From an uncultured Candidatus Saccharibacteria bacterium (GTDB taxonomy: Bacteria > Patescibacteriota > Minisyncoccia > Phycocordibacterales > UBA918), in the NCBI GenBank assembly GCA_964493145.1, contig CAZBMV010000001.1, positions 54,623-118,622 of the forward strand: DNA of 64,000 bases. The letters are read 5' to 3'. Positions within the stretch are counted from its first letter, which is position 1. Every line of letters begins with the position of its first letter. Position numbers and translations under genes: made by a program. The notes beneath the pieces were generated by a model, which saw only the letters and a list, made by a program, of their open reading frames with translations, was not told the origin of the DNA and searched no databases. Shown piece after piece: positions 10,005-18,778 of this stretch.

Positions 10005-10653
10005 GTAGGATACTCTGAAATTGAGATTCTCCAAAATCGGGCCAGAGTGTTTTTGTAAAAAAGAGTTCACTGTACGCCGATTGCCAGAGGAGAAAATTTG
10101 ATGTGCGCATTTCGCCACTCGTGCGAATGATGAGGTCGGGGTCCGGCATGCCGTGAGTCCACAACATTCCACCAAAAGATTCTTCGCTCACCAAGGTCCC
10201 CGCAGAAACTGCCCTATTTACCGCATCTACGATTTCTCGTCTCCCACCGTACGAGAGCGCAACCCAGACGGTGAGGTCGGGGTCATCATAATTTTTTGAT
10301 TCCGCATCCGTAACCGCCTCGCGCAGTTTTTGTGAGAGTGCACCCAATTCCCCTATTACACGCAAATTTATTTTACCTTTCTTTTGCAAGAGATTGGGAA
10401 GTTCAGCAAGTGCCTGTTCAAGAAGTGACATGAGATACCCGACTTCCTCTTCCGTACGCTTCCAATTTTCCGTTGAGAATGCGTAGCATACCATGTGTGG
10501 AATATGCGCATCGTACACTGCCTCAACAATGTTTTTAAAAGTGGAATACCCCGCCCGGTGACCATCAAGAAGAGACTTTCCTTGCGCAGTCGCCCACCGA
10601 CGATTGCCATCCATGATGAACCCTACGCACTGTGGCACATTGTTTCGTTCCAT
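9967..10653 (-). CDS. uppS: Undecaprenyl diphosphate synthase
   Basis: IMDGNRRWA, YAFSTENWKR, DPDLIIRTSGEMRTSNFLLWQ. Confidence 0.96.
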   Translation of the reverse strand: MERNNVPQCVGFIMDGNRRWATAQGKSLLDGHRAGYSTFKNIVEAVYDAHIPHMVCYAFSTENWKRTEEEVGYLMSLLEQALAELPNLLQKKGKINLRVIGELGALSQKLREAVTDAESKNYDDPDLTVWVALSYGGRREIVDAVNRAVSAGTLVSEESFGGMLWTHGMPDPDLIIRTSGEMRTSNFLLWQSAYSELFFTKTLWPDFGESQFQSILHEYATRERRKGR

Positions 10654-10656
10654 ACG

Positions 10657-10935
10657 CTACTGGCTTATAACTCTAAATTCATCAAAATGTTTCTCCGGTG
10701 TCCGCCAATCAATCGCGAGTGATTCAATCTTCGCGAGCGGTGAACCTGTGTTCAGTGCCTCAATACTCCCCTTGAGTTCATCGGTGGTGCCCTGCAAAAC
10801 AACCTCAACCGAACCATCCTCACTATTTCGTACCCACCCGAAGAGGCCGTGTTCACGTGCGTACCGCTCAATGTAATCTCGGTATCCAACCCGCTGCACC
10901 TTCCCCTTTACGACAGCATGAATTTCTAAAAACAT
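10657..10935 (-). CDS. acyP: Acylphosphatase
   Basis: GKVQRVGYR and GWVRNSEDGSVE motifs. Confidence 0.9.
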   Translation of the reverse strand: MFLEIHAVVKGKVQRVGYRDYIERYAREHGLFGWVRNSEDGSVEVVLQGTTDELKGSIEALNTGSPLAKIESLAIDWRTPEKHFDEFRVISQ

Positions 10936-10998
10936 ACCTGAAGTATACCTGTATTGAAATAATTTCAAAAAACGGTACTATGGTGCGTACCGTTTTAA

Positions 10999-11071
10999 GG
11001 GCGCTTAGCTCAGTTGGTAGAGCAACTCGTTTACACCGAGAAGGTCAGGGGTTCGAGTCCCTTAGCGCCCA
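10999..11071 (+). tRNA. tRNA-Val(TAC)
   Basis: GGGCGCT/AGCGCCC acceptor, anticodon loop TTTACAC, GGTTCGAGT. Confidence 0.93.
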
Positions 11072-11291
11072 CAAAGAAAACCCGCTCTGTGGGTTTTTGA
11101 CTGGGCGCTAAGCACAGCACCTGCGTGCTGTGCGTGAGGGCTCGAAAAGAATTTGTATATTTTTTCTATACGAAATGAAAAAATACAAATTCTCGGGTAG
11201 AAAAAAGTTATGAACGTAGTGAATTACTTTTTGACACCGAGACCTCCACCGCCCACACATACAAAAAATCGCATCGGCGGTTTTTTGTTTT

Positions 11292-11314
11292 TGTGCCTCG
11301 ACCAGGAATCGAAC
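11292..11314 (-). repeat. 23-bp direct repeat of tRNA-Arg(TCT) 3' end
   Basis: TGTGCCTCGACCAGGAATCGAAC identical to 11438-11460. Confidence 0.88.
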
Positions 11315-11439
11315 ATTACATGTTCAGTACACCTTGTCGCTATTTTGTTTCCTTACGTCACAAAATAGCTGGCAAGGTCTTCGATTCCTGGACCCAATCA
11401 CAGAAAAACCGGCATGGAGCCGGTATTTTTGTGATTGTG

Positions 11440-11511
11440 TGCCTCGACCAGGAATCGAACCTGGAATAACGGCTTAGAAGTCCGCAGTTATATCCATTTA
11501 ACTATCGAGGC
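11440..11511 (-). tRNA. tRNA-Arg(TCT)
   Basis: GCCTCGA/TCGAGGC acceptor, loop CTTCTAA, GGTTCGATT. Confidence 0.92.
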
Positions 11512-11569
11512 ATAACTTATCTGTTTAGAACGAACGTAGTGTACAGAGGAGACTGGCTCCCCGCAAGAC

Positions 11570-11950
11570 CTACTGCATCTCAATTCTTTCCACAACAACC
11601 TCATCGCTACTTTGTGGTTCTTCGGGCACGACGGGCTTTTCAATATACACGACCTCCTTACGTTCACTTCGCAAACGGTTAAAGATTATTTCCCTCTCCT
11701 TAAACCTGCTACCCTGTTCCCGAACCGCACGTTCGTCGTACTGAAGTGGTGTTTCTGAAACAGTAACGCCTTCTTCGCGTTCAATGATCTGCGTGTGAAA
11801 ATCGTACGCAATGTACGCAATGCCACACACAAGTATGACAAACGCACACGTTAAGCCAATCAACCAATCACGTACTGGGTTTACAAACTCCCGTGCACGA
11901 TACTGCGTCATTCCTTTTTTCTTTTTTAAACCAAGAAAAGCAAACTTCAT
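11570..11950 (-). CDS. Single-pass membrane protein at end of pilMNO operon
   Basis: One TM segment; overlaps the upstream pilO-like gene. Confidence 0.65.
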   Translation of the reverse strand: MKFAFLGLKKKKGMTQYRAREFVNPVRDWLIGLTCAFVILVCGIAYIAYDFHTQIIEREEGVTVSETPLQYDERAVREQGSRFKEREIIFNRLRSERKEVVYIEKPVVPEEPQSSDEVVVERIEMQ

Positions 11951-12477
11951 ACCTTTTTAAATTTTGTTACGCGTACCTCGCACGCCCCCTTCCACAACAG
12001 CCCACTTTCTGTCGCACCCTTTTCCAGCCGAACGGAACTCAACACACCCTGATATGGAAGATGCTCAAGAATTTTAAATGTGTGAAGAACAGCATCATGT
12101 TCGCCCTCAATACTCACATTCACGACGAGCGTTTCAAACGTTTCGTCTATTGGCTGTACCGTGAGCGAGTTTGTCACGAGCGTGACTCGTTGTTCTCGTG
12201 CGATATCCTCAACGAGAGTGAGGAACGTAATAACGTCCGCTTCTTCAAGGATTCTTGAAGCGACAAATTCTCTCTCCGCCTTCGTATTCTCAAGAGCGGT
12301 CGTGAGAGTTGCGAGCGACTTTTTGTGGAACTCAATCTCCGCCTGCTCAGTGCTCTTTGTGTGAAGTACGACTTTTCGTTTCTCCACTTCACGAACAAAG
12401 AACGCTGTTGCAATGATGGTGCCGCAGAGAAAGAGTCCTCCGATAGCAGCAACAATTTTTGAATGGTGTGAAAACAT
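11947..12477 (-). CDS. PilO-like type IV pilus assembly protein
   Basis: N-terminal TM, coiled coil, LEHLPY segment; position after pilM and pilN. Confidence 0.65.
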   Translation of the reverse strand: MFSHHSKIVAAIGGLFLCGTIIATAFFVREVEKRKVVLHTKSTEQAEIEFHKKSLATLTTALENTKAEREFVASRILEEADVITFLTLVEDIAREQRVTLVTNSLTVQPIDETFETLVVNVSIEGEHDAVLHTFKILEHLPYQGVLSSVRLEKGATESGLLWKGACEVRVTKFKKV

Positions 12478-12486
12478 ATGAATGAC

Positions 12487-13020
12487 TTATGGTGCCACGG
12501 TGACGGTAAGGGTGAACGGGAGATTCACATCACGCGCGAGGTCTGCAATGGGAATATTCGCAGCTTCAAAAAGATCGGTATTCTCCACCGCCCGCTTAAA
12601 AGATACGAGTGTCTCACGCGTTGTCGCGGTACCCTGTACTTGGATGGTATCAATTCGCCCCTTGACCTCTTGTATAAGAAACGTCTTAAATGAAATACCC
12701 TGCGGTGCACGTTCTTCAAGAGTTGCAATAGCGTGACTCGGTGATATTGTTTCTTGCTGTTTTTTTAGTTGCGTGAGAATTTTCGTTATATCGCTTATCT
12801 CATGTGTTGCGGTCGCCAACATTTGCTCTTCTATGCGCTCTTTTTCCGACACAAGTGCCATAGAGTGAATTTGTGCACCGACGAGCACATACGTCGGCAC
12901 GTGTGCGACACCAAGAATGACGGCGACACATCCGAAGAGAAACGAGAGTGTCGCTCCTGCGCGGTACATGTACTCCCGCTTAACCACTCTGTGTCCTTCT
13001 GATGGAATGAGATTAATCAT
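12487..13020 (-). CDS. pilN: PilN-like type IV pilus assembly protein
   Basis: N-terminal INLIP PilM-binding motif, TM, coiled coil. Confidence 0.8.
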   Translation of the reverse strand: MINLIPSEGHRVVKREYMYRAGATLSFLFGCVAVILGVAHVPTYVLVGAQIHSMALVSEKERIEEQMLATATHEISDITKILTQLKKQQETISPSHAIATLEERAPQGISFKTFLIQEVKGRIDTIQVQGTATTRETLVSFKRAVENTDLFEAANIPIADLARDVNLPFTLTVTVAP

Positions 13021-14117
13021 AGGTGAGAAAAATTTCTGAGTGCAAGACCGATTGCCGTCGCGTACCCGTACGAGTACCTCCGTGTGATGTCGGGGATATT
13101 CGTTTCAAGTGAGAGAGCGTTCACCCACACCTGCGCACATTCTGCCTTCACGCCGAGTTTTTCGGTGAGATACTCGGGAAGACCGAGAAGGTTCGCGCTC
13201 CCGCCACAGATAATCACCTTTTGTATCTCGCGCGCCTCCCGATCAATATCGCGAGTGTTCCAATAGTGCATGCGGATGCTGAGCTCGTCTATGATGATGT
13301 CCGCATGCTTCATGAGTACTGCGGCAATACGCTCATTCTCCTTTGACCGAATCAGACCGCGAGTATTTTTGATTTTTGTCAGTTCAGATTCTGCGACATC
13401 GCCCAGAATTGCCCGCATGTCTTGACTCATCTGATTCCCCGCGACGTCTATTGTTGACGTGTACATGAGTACCCCGTGATGCACGATACCGATACCCATT
13501 CGCGTCTTCCCAAAATCAACGATCATGTACGTTCCGCTCAGTTCCTCGGGGACCGTCGCCCGTGCAATTGCTTGCGCCTCAATCTCAAACGCGAGGGGGA
13601 TGAGCCCGGCTTTGGTGCACGCCTCATAGTACGTATTGATGGTTGACTGCGCGTACACCGAAACCGCAATGCGCAACGTGCGATTTTCCTCGTCTCTTCC
13701 CACAATCGCGTAGTCAAAGTACGCGTCACGAGGCGAGAGAGGAACATTCTCCTCAAGACGGAACTCGAGGAGTCCCCGAATATCCTTCTCGGGTGTCTGG
13801 ATGGGAAGTGTCGTTTCAAAAAGGTACGCGCGCTCCTCCGGAAGCGATACATTAACGTAGGTGGCATTTGTATGCTTTTTCATTTCCTTGAGTGTCGCAA
13901 TGAGTTTCTCTACATCGTGTACGTTACCGCGTTCAACGACTCCGACAGGAATCTCTATGTCGCCCCACACCTTGAGTGTGAGGTCTGTACTGTATGTGTG
14001 CTCACGAACAAATTGGACATACTTGAGAGAAGTGTCAGAAATATCAACCCCGACACAGGGAAACGACATGAGGCTCGGTGGCGGAAAAACGCGTTGTACG
14101 AGAGAAAGAACCGACAT
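13017..14117 (-). CDS. pilM: Type IV pilus assembly protein PilM (actin-like)
   Basis: GVDISDTSLK, VDFGKTR, ICGGSANL and ATAIGLALR. Confidence 0.9.
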   Translation of the reverse strand: MSVLSLVQRVFPPPSLMSFPCVGVDISDTSLKYVQFVREHTYSTDLTLKVWGDIEIPVGVVERGNVHDVEKLIATLKEMKKHTNATYVNVSLPEERAYLFETTLPIQTPEKDIRGLLEFRLEENVPLSPRDAYFDYAIVGRDEENRTLRIAVSVYAQSTINTYYEACTKAGLIPLAFEIEAQAIARATVPEELSGTYMIVDFGKTRMGIGIVHHGVLMYTSTIDVAGNQMSQDMRAILGDVAESELTKIKNTRGLIRSKENERIAAVLMKHADIIIDELSIRMHYWNTRDIDREAREIQKVIICGGSANLLGLPEYLTEKLGVKAECAQVWVNALSLETNIPDITRRYSYGYATAIGLALRNFSHL

Positions 14118-14177
14118 ACGATGTACTTATATTATACACGTATACGCGGGATTCTCGCCCTTCAATTCCACACAAAA

Positions 14178-14762
14178 CTATGACTTGAGGTAGAGCATGA
14201 CGGCGTATAGCGCCACGCCAGCGCAAACTGCAAACGTGACGAGAGCGAATCGCTTATTCAAGCGCGCGAGAGCGTACTCGCCAAACTTGTGACAAATGTA
14301 TCCGATAAGGATGAAGCGCCCGAATCTCCCTATGATGGACGCGAGGATAAAACTCGCAATGTGTATGTGGAGCATGCCGCCGGCGATTGCGGTGAGTTTA
14401 TACGGAATTGGGGTAAACGCCCCGAGGAGGGTGAACCAAAACGCCCCCTCGTTCATCGCTTCGCTCGCCTTCGCAAAAAGATTCTCAAGGTGGTAGAGAG
14501 TGATAATCTTTGTGCCAATAAGGTCAAAGAAAACCGCACCGATGAGGTACCCGAATATACCCCCGAGAACCGATGCGGTGCCCGCAATGAATATGTACCG
14601 CACCCAGTGGTGAGGCTTCGCAAGCGTCATTGCGAGAAGAAACGGGTCAATGAGCACAGGAAGGAACGATGACTCCGCAAACGAAATGAGACCGAGGAAC
14701 CAGTCACCGTACGTTGCTTTCGGTTTTTTCACCACACCATTGTCTGTTTCCACTTTTTCCAT
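14178..14762 (-). CDS. YqaA/DedA family membrane protein
   Basis: SFAESSFLP, GYLIG, FTPIPYK and GRFGRF motifs. Confidence 0.88.
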   Translation of the reverse strand: MEKVETDNGVVKKPKATYGDWFLGLISFAESSFLPVLIDPFLLAMTLAKPHHWVRYIFIAGTASVLGGIFGYLIGAVFFDLIGTKIITLYHLENLFAKASEAMNEGAFWFTLLGAFTPIPYKLTAIAGGMLHIHIASFILASIIGRFGRFILIGYICHKFGEYALARLNKRFALVTFAVCAGVALYAVMLYLKS

Positions 14763-14764
14763 AC

Positions 14765-15109
14765 CTATTTTATTTTCGTACCCGACGGCACATCGTTTGT
14801 CGGTTCAAGGAGCGCGAGTACCCCCTCGTGACTTGCCGCGAGTATCATTCCCTGACTCTCAAACCCTCTTATAGTGCGCGGTGCGAGATTCACCACGTAC
14901 GGAAACTTCTTCCCCACGAGGACCTGCGGATCATCAAAGTACTCTCGTATTCCCGAGAGAATTTGTCGTGGAACGCGGTTCCCTTCCGCATCAACATCCC
15001 CCACATCAACCATACACCGGAGCAGTTTATCGGCCCCGTCCACAATCTCAACAGAGAGTATCTCGCCGATGCGAATCTCCACTTTTGTAAAATCGTCGTA
15101 GGTAATCAT
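14765..15109 (-). CDS. tRNA-binding OB-fold protein (CsaA/MetRS C-terminal-like)
   Basis: ITYDDFTKVEIRIG, ADKLL, RQILSGI, NLAPR, SQGMILAA. Confidence 0.9.
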   Translation of the reverse strand: MITYDDFTKVEIRIGEILSVEIVDGADKLLRCMVDVGDVDAEGNRVPRQILSGIREYFDDPQVLVGKKFPYVVNLAPRTIRGFESQGMILAASHEGVLALLEPTNDVPSGTKIK

Positions 15110-15111
15110 GT

Positions 15112-15504
15112 TTATTTTTTCTTATTCTGCGTACGCACAATGTAACTGTTGAGAATAACTGAGGCGGCACTCGCGTCCGTCATCTCGTTCCGTCCCTGAA
15201 AACGGATAGCCTCTTGCGTGGTGTACTGCTCGGGCTCAAGTTCAACAGGAATTCCGAGGTTGAGGGTAATGTCCTGAATGAATTCTTCAACCTGCGTGTG
15301 GACCTTGTTGGGCGCGCCGTCTCTCCCCAAGGAGTGACCCATGATGATTTGGGTGACTTTTTCTTTCTCCGCAAGAGAAGAAATATTTTGCAACAGTTTC
15401 GCGTCGTTTGGAAAAACCGTATGTGGAAACGCCATCATTCCCCTATCATCACTGAGCGCAACGCCCACACGTTTCGTTCCATAATCAATTCCCATGAGTC
15501 TCAT
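15112..15504 (-). CDS. yqgF: Pre-16S rRNA nuclease / resolvase-like RuvX
   Basis: GIDYGTKRVGVALSD, EQYTTQEA, DASAASVIL. Confidence 0.9.
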   Translation of the reverse strand: MRLMGIDYGTKRVGVALSDDRGMMAFPHTVFPNDAKLLQNISSLAEKEKVTQIIMGHSLGRDGAPNKVHTQVEEFIQDITLNLGIPVELEPEQYTTQEAIRFQGRNEMTDASAASVILNSYIVRTQNKKK

Positions 15505-15573
15505 TGGGAGTAGCATAGCACGTTTGGAAGTCTTCGTTTTTTCTGGTACTATCCTTGCTACAAAAGAATACAC

Positions 15574-15660
15574 GGAAGGGTGACAGAGTGGTCGATTGTA
15601 CCTGTCTTGAAAACAGGAGTCTGGGAAACCGGACCGCGAGTTCGAATCTCGCCCCTTCCG
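15574..15660 (+). tRNA. tRNA-Ser(TGA)
   Basis: Anticodon arm CCTGT-CTTGAAA-ACAGG, long variable arm, GTTCGAAT. Confidence 0.94.
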
Positions 15661-15789
15661 CAAAACTAGAAAATTCAGGGTTCTTCCCTGGATTTTTTAG
15701 TTTCTGCGCAGGAGATTCGAAGCTGTTCAGAGATATTTTGGGAGTGATAGCGAACAAAAATATCCTGAACGGGTACTGAAACTGTAAGT

Positions 15790-15812
15790 TTCGAATCTCG
15801 CCCCTTCCGCCA
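15790..15812 (+). repeat. Direct repeat of tRNA-Ser 3' end (21 bp, ending in CCA)
   Basis: TTCGAATCTCGCCCCTTCCGC identical to 15641-15661. Confidence 0.88.
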
Positions 15813-15909
15813 AAATTGGAAAGCCCATATACGATATGTGGGCTTTTTAGTTTTTCACACTTCAACACAGAGAACAAAATTCACATAGACAGCGTGCTAC
15901 AATACACAC

Positions 15910-16380
15910 ATGAATGAAATGGCTCGTTCGGTGTACTGGGAAGCACCGGAACACAACCACATTGAAAAGACGGGTGATTGGTACTGGATTCTCGGCATCC
16001 TCGCCGTTGCGGGTTCGGTCGCGAGCATGATTTTCAACAACGTCCTCTTTGGCGTGGTCATTCTCCTCGCGGCAATGCTCATGTTTATCACCGGCAACAG
16101 AAAGCCGCGAATGCTTGAGTTTGAGGTGTCGGCAAACGGTGTCCGCATTGAGCACGATCTCTACCCATACGCAACGCTTGAGTCGTACTACCTTGATGAG
16201 TTTAATCTCATGAATCCGCAACTCATTCTGAAGTCACAGAAACTTTTCATGCCTCTCATTATCATTCCTATTCCGGAGGAGTACATTGTGATTATTGAGC
16301 AACTCGTTTCAACACGTCTCCCCGAGGAACACCTGGAGGAACCGCTCGCGCACAAAATACTGGAATTTTTTGGATTTTAA
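15910..16380 (+). CDS. Hypothetical membrane protein (two TM plus soluble domain)
   Basis: WEAPEH...DWYW, two TM segments; typical coding composition. Confidence 0.8.
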   Translation: MNEMARSVYWEAPEHNHIEKTGDWYWILGILAVAGSVASMIFNNVLFGVVILLAAMLMFITGNRKPRMLEFEVSANGVRIEHDLYPYATLESYYLDEFNLMNPQLILKSQKLFMPLIIIPIPEEYIVIIEQLVSTRLPEEHLEEPLAHKILEFFGF

Positions 16381-16397
16381 TGTATTCTTTTGGTCAC

Positions 16398-16472
16398 GTC
16401 CTCATAGTTTAATGGATAGAACGCGAGTTTGCGGTACTCGTAATCCAGGTTCGATTCCTGGTGAGGGCACCA
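16398..16472 (+). tRNA. tRNA-Arg(GCG)
   Basis: Anticodon arm CGAGT-TTGCGGT-ACTCG, GGTTCGATT, CCA. Confidence 0.9.
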
Positions 16473-16475
16473 CGG

Positions 16476-16517
16476 TATACGAAAAACACGTCACGTATGT
16501 GACGTGTTTTTCGTATA
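16476..16517. terminator. Hairpin after tRNA-Arg(GCG)
   Basis: TATACGAAAAACACGTCAC-GTAT-GTGACGTGTTTTTCGTATA. Confidence 0.65.
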
Positions 16518-16793
16518 GCACGCAAACTGCTTTGCGTGCGTACAGTGGTGCCAAGTGGAACCATGTTTCGGCTATTACTAATGCCGAAACAGGCGAGCTC
16601 GGGGTGAGAAGCGAATACTTGGAGCTTCGCAAGACCTTGAGCACGCTAGTGCGAAAGGTGTACCGCTTCTGTAAGAAGAAAGTGCTTACTATTTTGGAAA
16701 CGAAGTAGAACAAAATAGTTAGCAACTTGACCCCACCGTGCCCTCATCAGCCGCAACCAAAATCTAGCGTCTATTGCTTGCTTCAAAACTTAG

Positions 16794-16864
16794 TGCGGGA
16801 TGCGAGAATCGAACTCGCGTCTGATGCTTGGGAAGCATCCATCCTGCCACTAAACGAATCCCGC
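16794..16864 (-). tRNA. tRNA-Gly(CCC)
   Basis: GCGGGAT/ATCCCGC acceptor, anticodon arm GATGC-TTCCCAA-GCATC. Confidence 0.92.
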
Positions 16865-16867
16865 GCT

Positions 16868-16935
16868 AAGTTTTGAACTCGGGAAACAAAATGTCTGGGA
16901 GACATTTTGTCATCCTGCCACTGAACGATACCCGC
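16868..16935 (-). pseudogene. tRNA-Gly-like fragment directly upstream of tRNA-Gly
   Basis: 5' half GCGGGTATCGTTCAGTGGCAGGATG near-identical to the tRNA; 10-bp hairpin around TCCCA; degenerate T-arm; no acceptor 3' strand. Confidence 0.55.
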
Positions 16936-17002
16936 GTCGCATAATAGTAACGCACGTAAACTATTATGCAAAACCCCGTGCTTCGCACGGGGTTTTGTTT
17001 TG

Positions 17003-17269
17003 CTACTTCGCTCCCTTCTTGAGTGAGGCGACGAGGCGGGACTTCTTGCGGTCGGCGGTGTTTGATTTGATGATGCCGCGGTTTGTCGCTTTATCTATTG
17101 CCTTAAATACTTGCGGGAGGAGTGCTTCTGCCTCTTTGGTGTTTCCCTTCGTGACGTGGTCTCGGTACACCTTCACGGTGTCGTGGAGGATTGCCTTTCT
17201 TCGTACGTTGTACACACGCTTCTTAAGAGACGTGCGGTGTGCCTTCTTTGCGTTTGTGGTGATTGCCAT
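17003..17269 (-). CDS. rpsT: 30S ribosomal protein S20
   Basis: AKKAHRTSLKKRVYN...IDKATNRGIIKSNTADRKKSRL. Confidence 0.95.
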   Translation of the reverse strand: MAITTNAKKAHRTSLKKRVYNVRRKAILHDTVKVYRDHVTKGNTKEAEALLPQVFKAIDKATNRGIIKSNTADRKKSRLVASLKKGAK

Positions 17270-17348
17270 ATGTGAGCGATACTATAGCGTATGGTGGGGT
17301 GATTGGCAATCAAATTCAACCTAAATGACACAATCTTGTTACACTCAC

Positions 17349-18098
17349 TTATTTACTCTCAAGCATGCGGATGTTTGATTCAATGGAATTCTGCATCGCC
17401 CTGAACTCGGCTTCGTAGATGTCGGGGTCCACGCTTGGGTATGGAATCTTTGGTTGGTGCTGTGACAGTACGTATGCGGCCTCTTGCGCATTAAAGAGCG
17501 CCTTCTTTGCCTCTTCATACCTTCCGAGACTCAGGAGTACGAGACCGTACGTATTTTGTACCCACGGATTATCCTCGTTGTCCTTAGCGATTGGTTCAAT
17601 GGTCTGAAGTGCCCCGCGGACGTCGCCTGCACGAAATTGCACCCACGCCTTATCGTTTCTTCCCACCCAACTCGTGGAGTACTTTTCAATAAAGATGGAA
17701 AACTCCTCAATCGCTCTCTCGTTGTCACCGAGGTGTCCGTACGCGAGCGCGAGAACGTACCGTGTTTGAGTGTGATCCGGGTACACATCAAGTTCACGTT
17801 CTGCTTCTCTGCGTGAACCTTCAAGATCGCCCAGTATGAAAAGCGTTCGGGAAAGTTGGTGGTGTGCGTATGGCGCCGCCTTCCCAACGGGAGGGTACGA
17901 AGCGTACGTGAAGAGGTATTTTGCAATCTGTACGTTGTAGAGCGAGGGGACTTCTCCAAAAAAAGTGACCCCTGCTTTGTAGTAGAGCGCTGGAGACAAG
18001 AGTCCGTATACGATGAGAATGACGATTGTCGCCACGATCCCGTACCCGACCCAATCCTTGTTTTTGTGTTTTTGACCAAAGGTCATTTGGCTGAGCAT
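17349..18098 (-). CDS. Membrane-anchored TPR-repeat protein
   Basis: N-terminal TM followed by TPR-like helices (LALAYGHLGDNERAIEEF, YGLVLLSLGRYEEAKKAL); start uncertain. Confidence 0.75.
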   Translation of the reverse strand: MLSQMTFGQKHKNKDWVGYGIVATIVILIVYGLLSPALYYKAGVTFFGEVPSLYNVQIAKYLFTYASYPPVGKAAPYAHHQLSRTLFILGDLEGSRREAERELDVYPDHTQTRYVLALAYGHLGDNERAIEEFSIFIEKYSTSWVGRNDKAWVQFRAGDVRGALQTIEPIAKDNEDNPWVQNTYGLVLLSLGRYEEAKKALFNAQEAAYVLSQHQPKIPYPSVDPDIYEAEFRAMQNSIESNIRMLESK

Positions 18099-18160
18099 GG
18101 GCAAATTGTACCATCTCATGCTGTTTGTGTACCACGAGCGAGGTGCGCTATCATGTACGT

Positions 18161-18730
18161 ATGATTGCAAAACTCACAGGCGAAGTGGTTGAGGTTATGG
18201 TCGCACAGGTAGTGGTGGACGTCGGTGGTATGGGGTATCTCGTTTCTGTAACAAACGGGAGCGGATACAGTGTGGGGGAACGAATTACGCTTCACACCTA
18301 TCTCGCGGTGCGCGAGAATGCCATGGACCTGTATGGATTCGGAACGCGTGAAGAGCTCCGCATGTTCCAAGAGCTCATCAAGATTCCAAAAATTGGTCCG
18401 AAGACCGCCCTCCAAATACTCTCCCAGACGACACTCGCGATGCTCGCGCACGCCGTGCGAACCGATGACCCGACGTACCTCTCCAAAATGTCCGGCATGG
18501 GCAAGAAGAGCGCGGAAAAAATCGTCTCGGGGCTTCGGGACGTCTTGGGTGATGAGGGAATTTCCGGAGAGTACACGGGAACCAAAAATGGAGACAGTGA
18601 CGTCATTGACGCGCTCATGGTCCTCGGATACTCACAGCGGGACGCGCTTGAGGCGATCCAGCACATCCCGCCTGAAATCACCGAAACGAACGAACGGATC
18701 AGGTACGCGCTCAGGGCGGTCGGTTCCTAA
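18161..18730 (+). CDS. ruvA: Holliday junction branch migration protein RuvA
   Basis: MIAKLTG, VREN..LYGF, IGPKTAL, GMGKKSAEKI, ALMVLGYS. Confidence 0.96.
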   Translation: MIAKLTGEVVEVMVAQVVVDVGGMGYLVSVTNGSGYSVGERITLHTYLAVRENAMDLYGFGTREELRMFQELIKIPKIGPKTALQILSQTTLAMLAHAVRTDDPTYLSKMSGMGKKSAEKIVSGLRDVLGDEGISGEYTGTKNGDSDVIDALMVLGYSQRDALEAIQHIPPEITETNERIRYALRAVGS

Positions 18731-18778
18731 TCTTTTTTTGATACGCGGTGAAAAATGGGTATACTGAAGGGATTCTCC

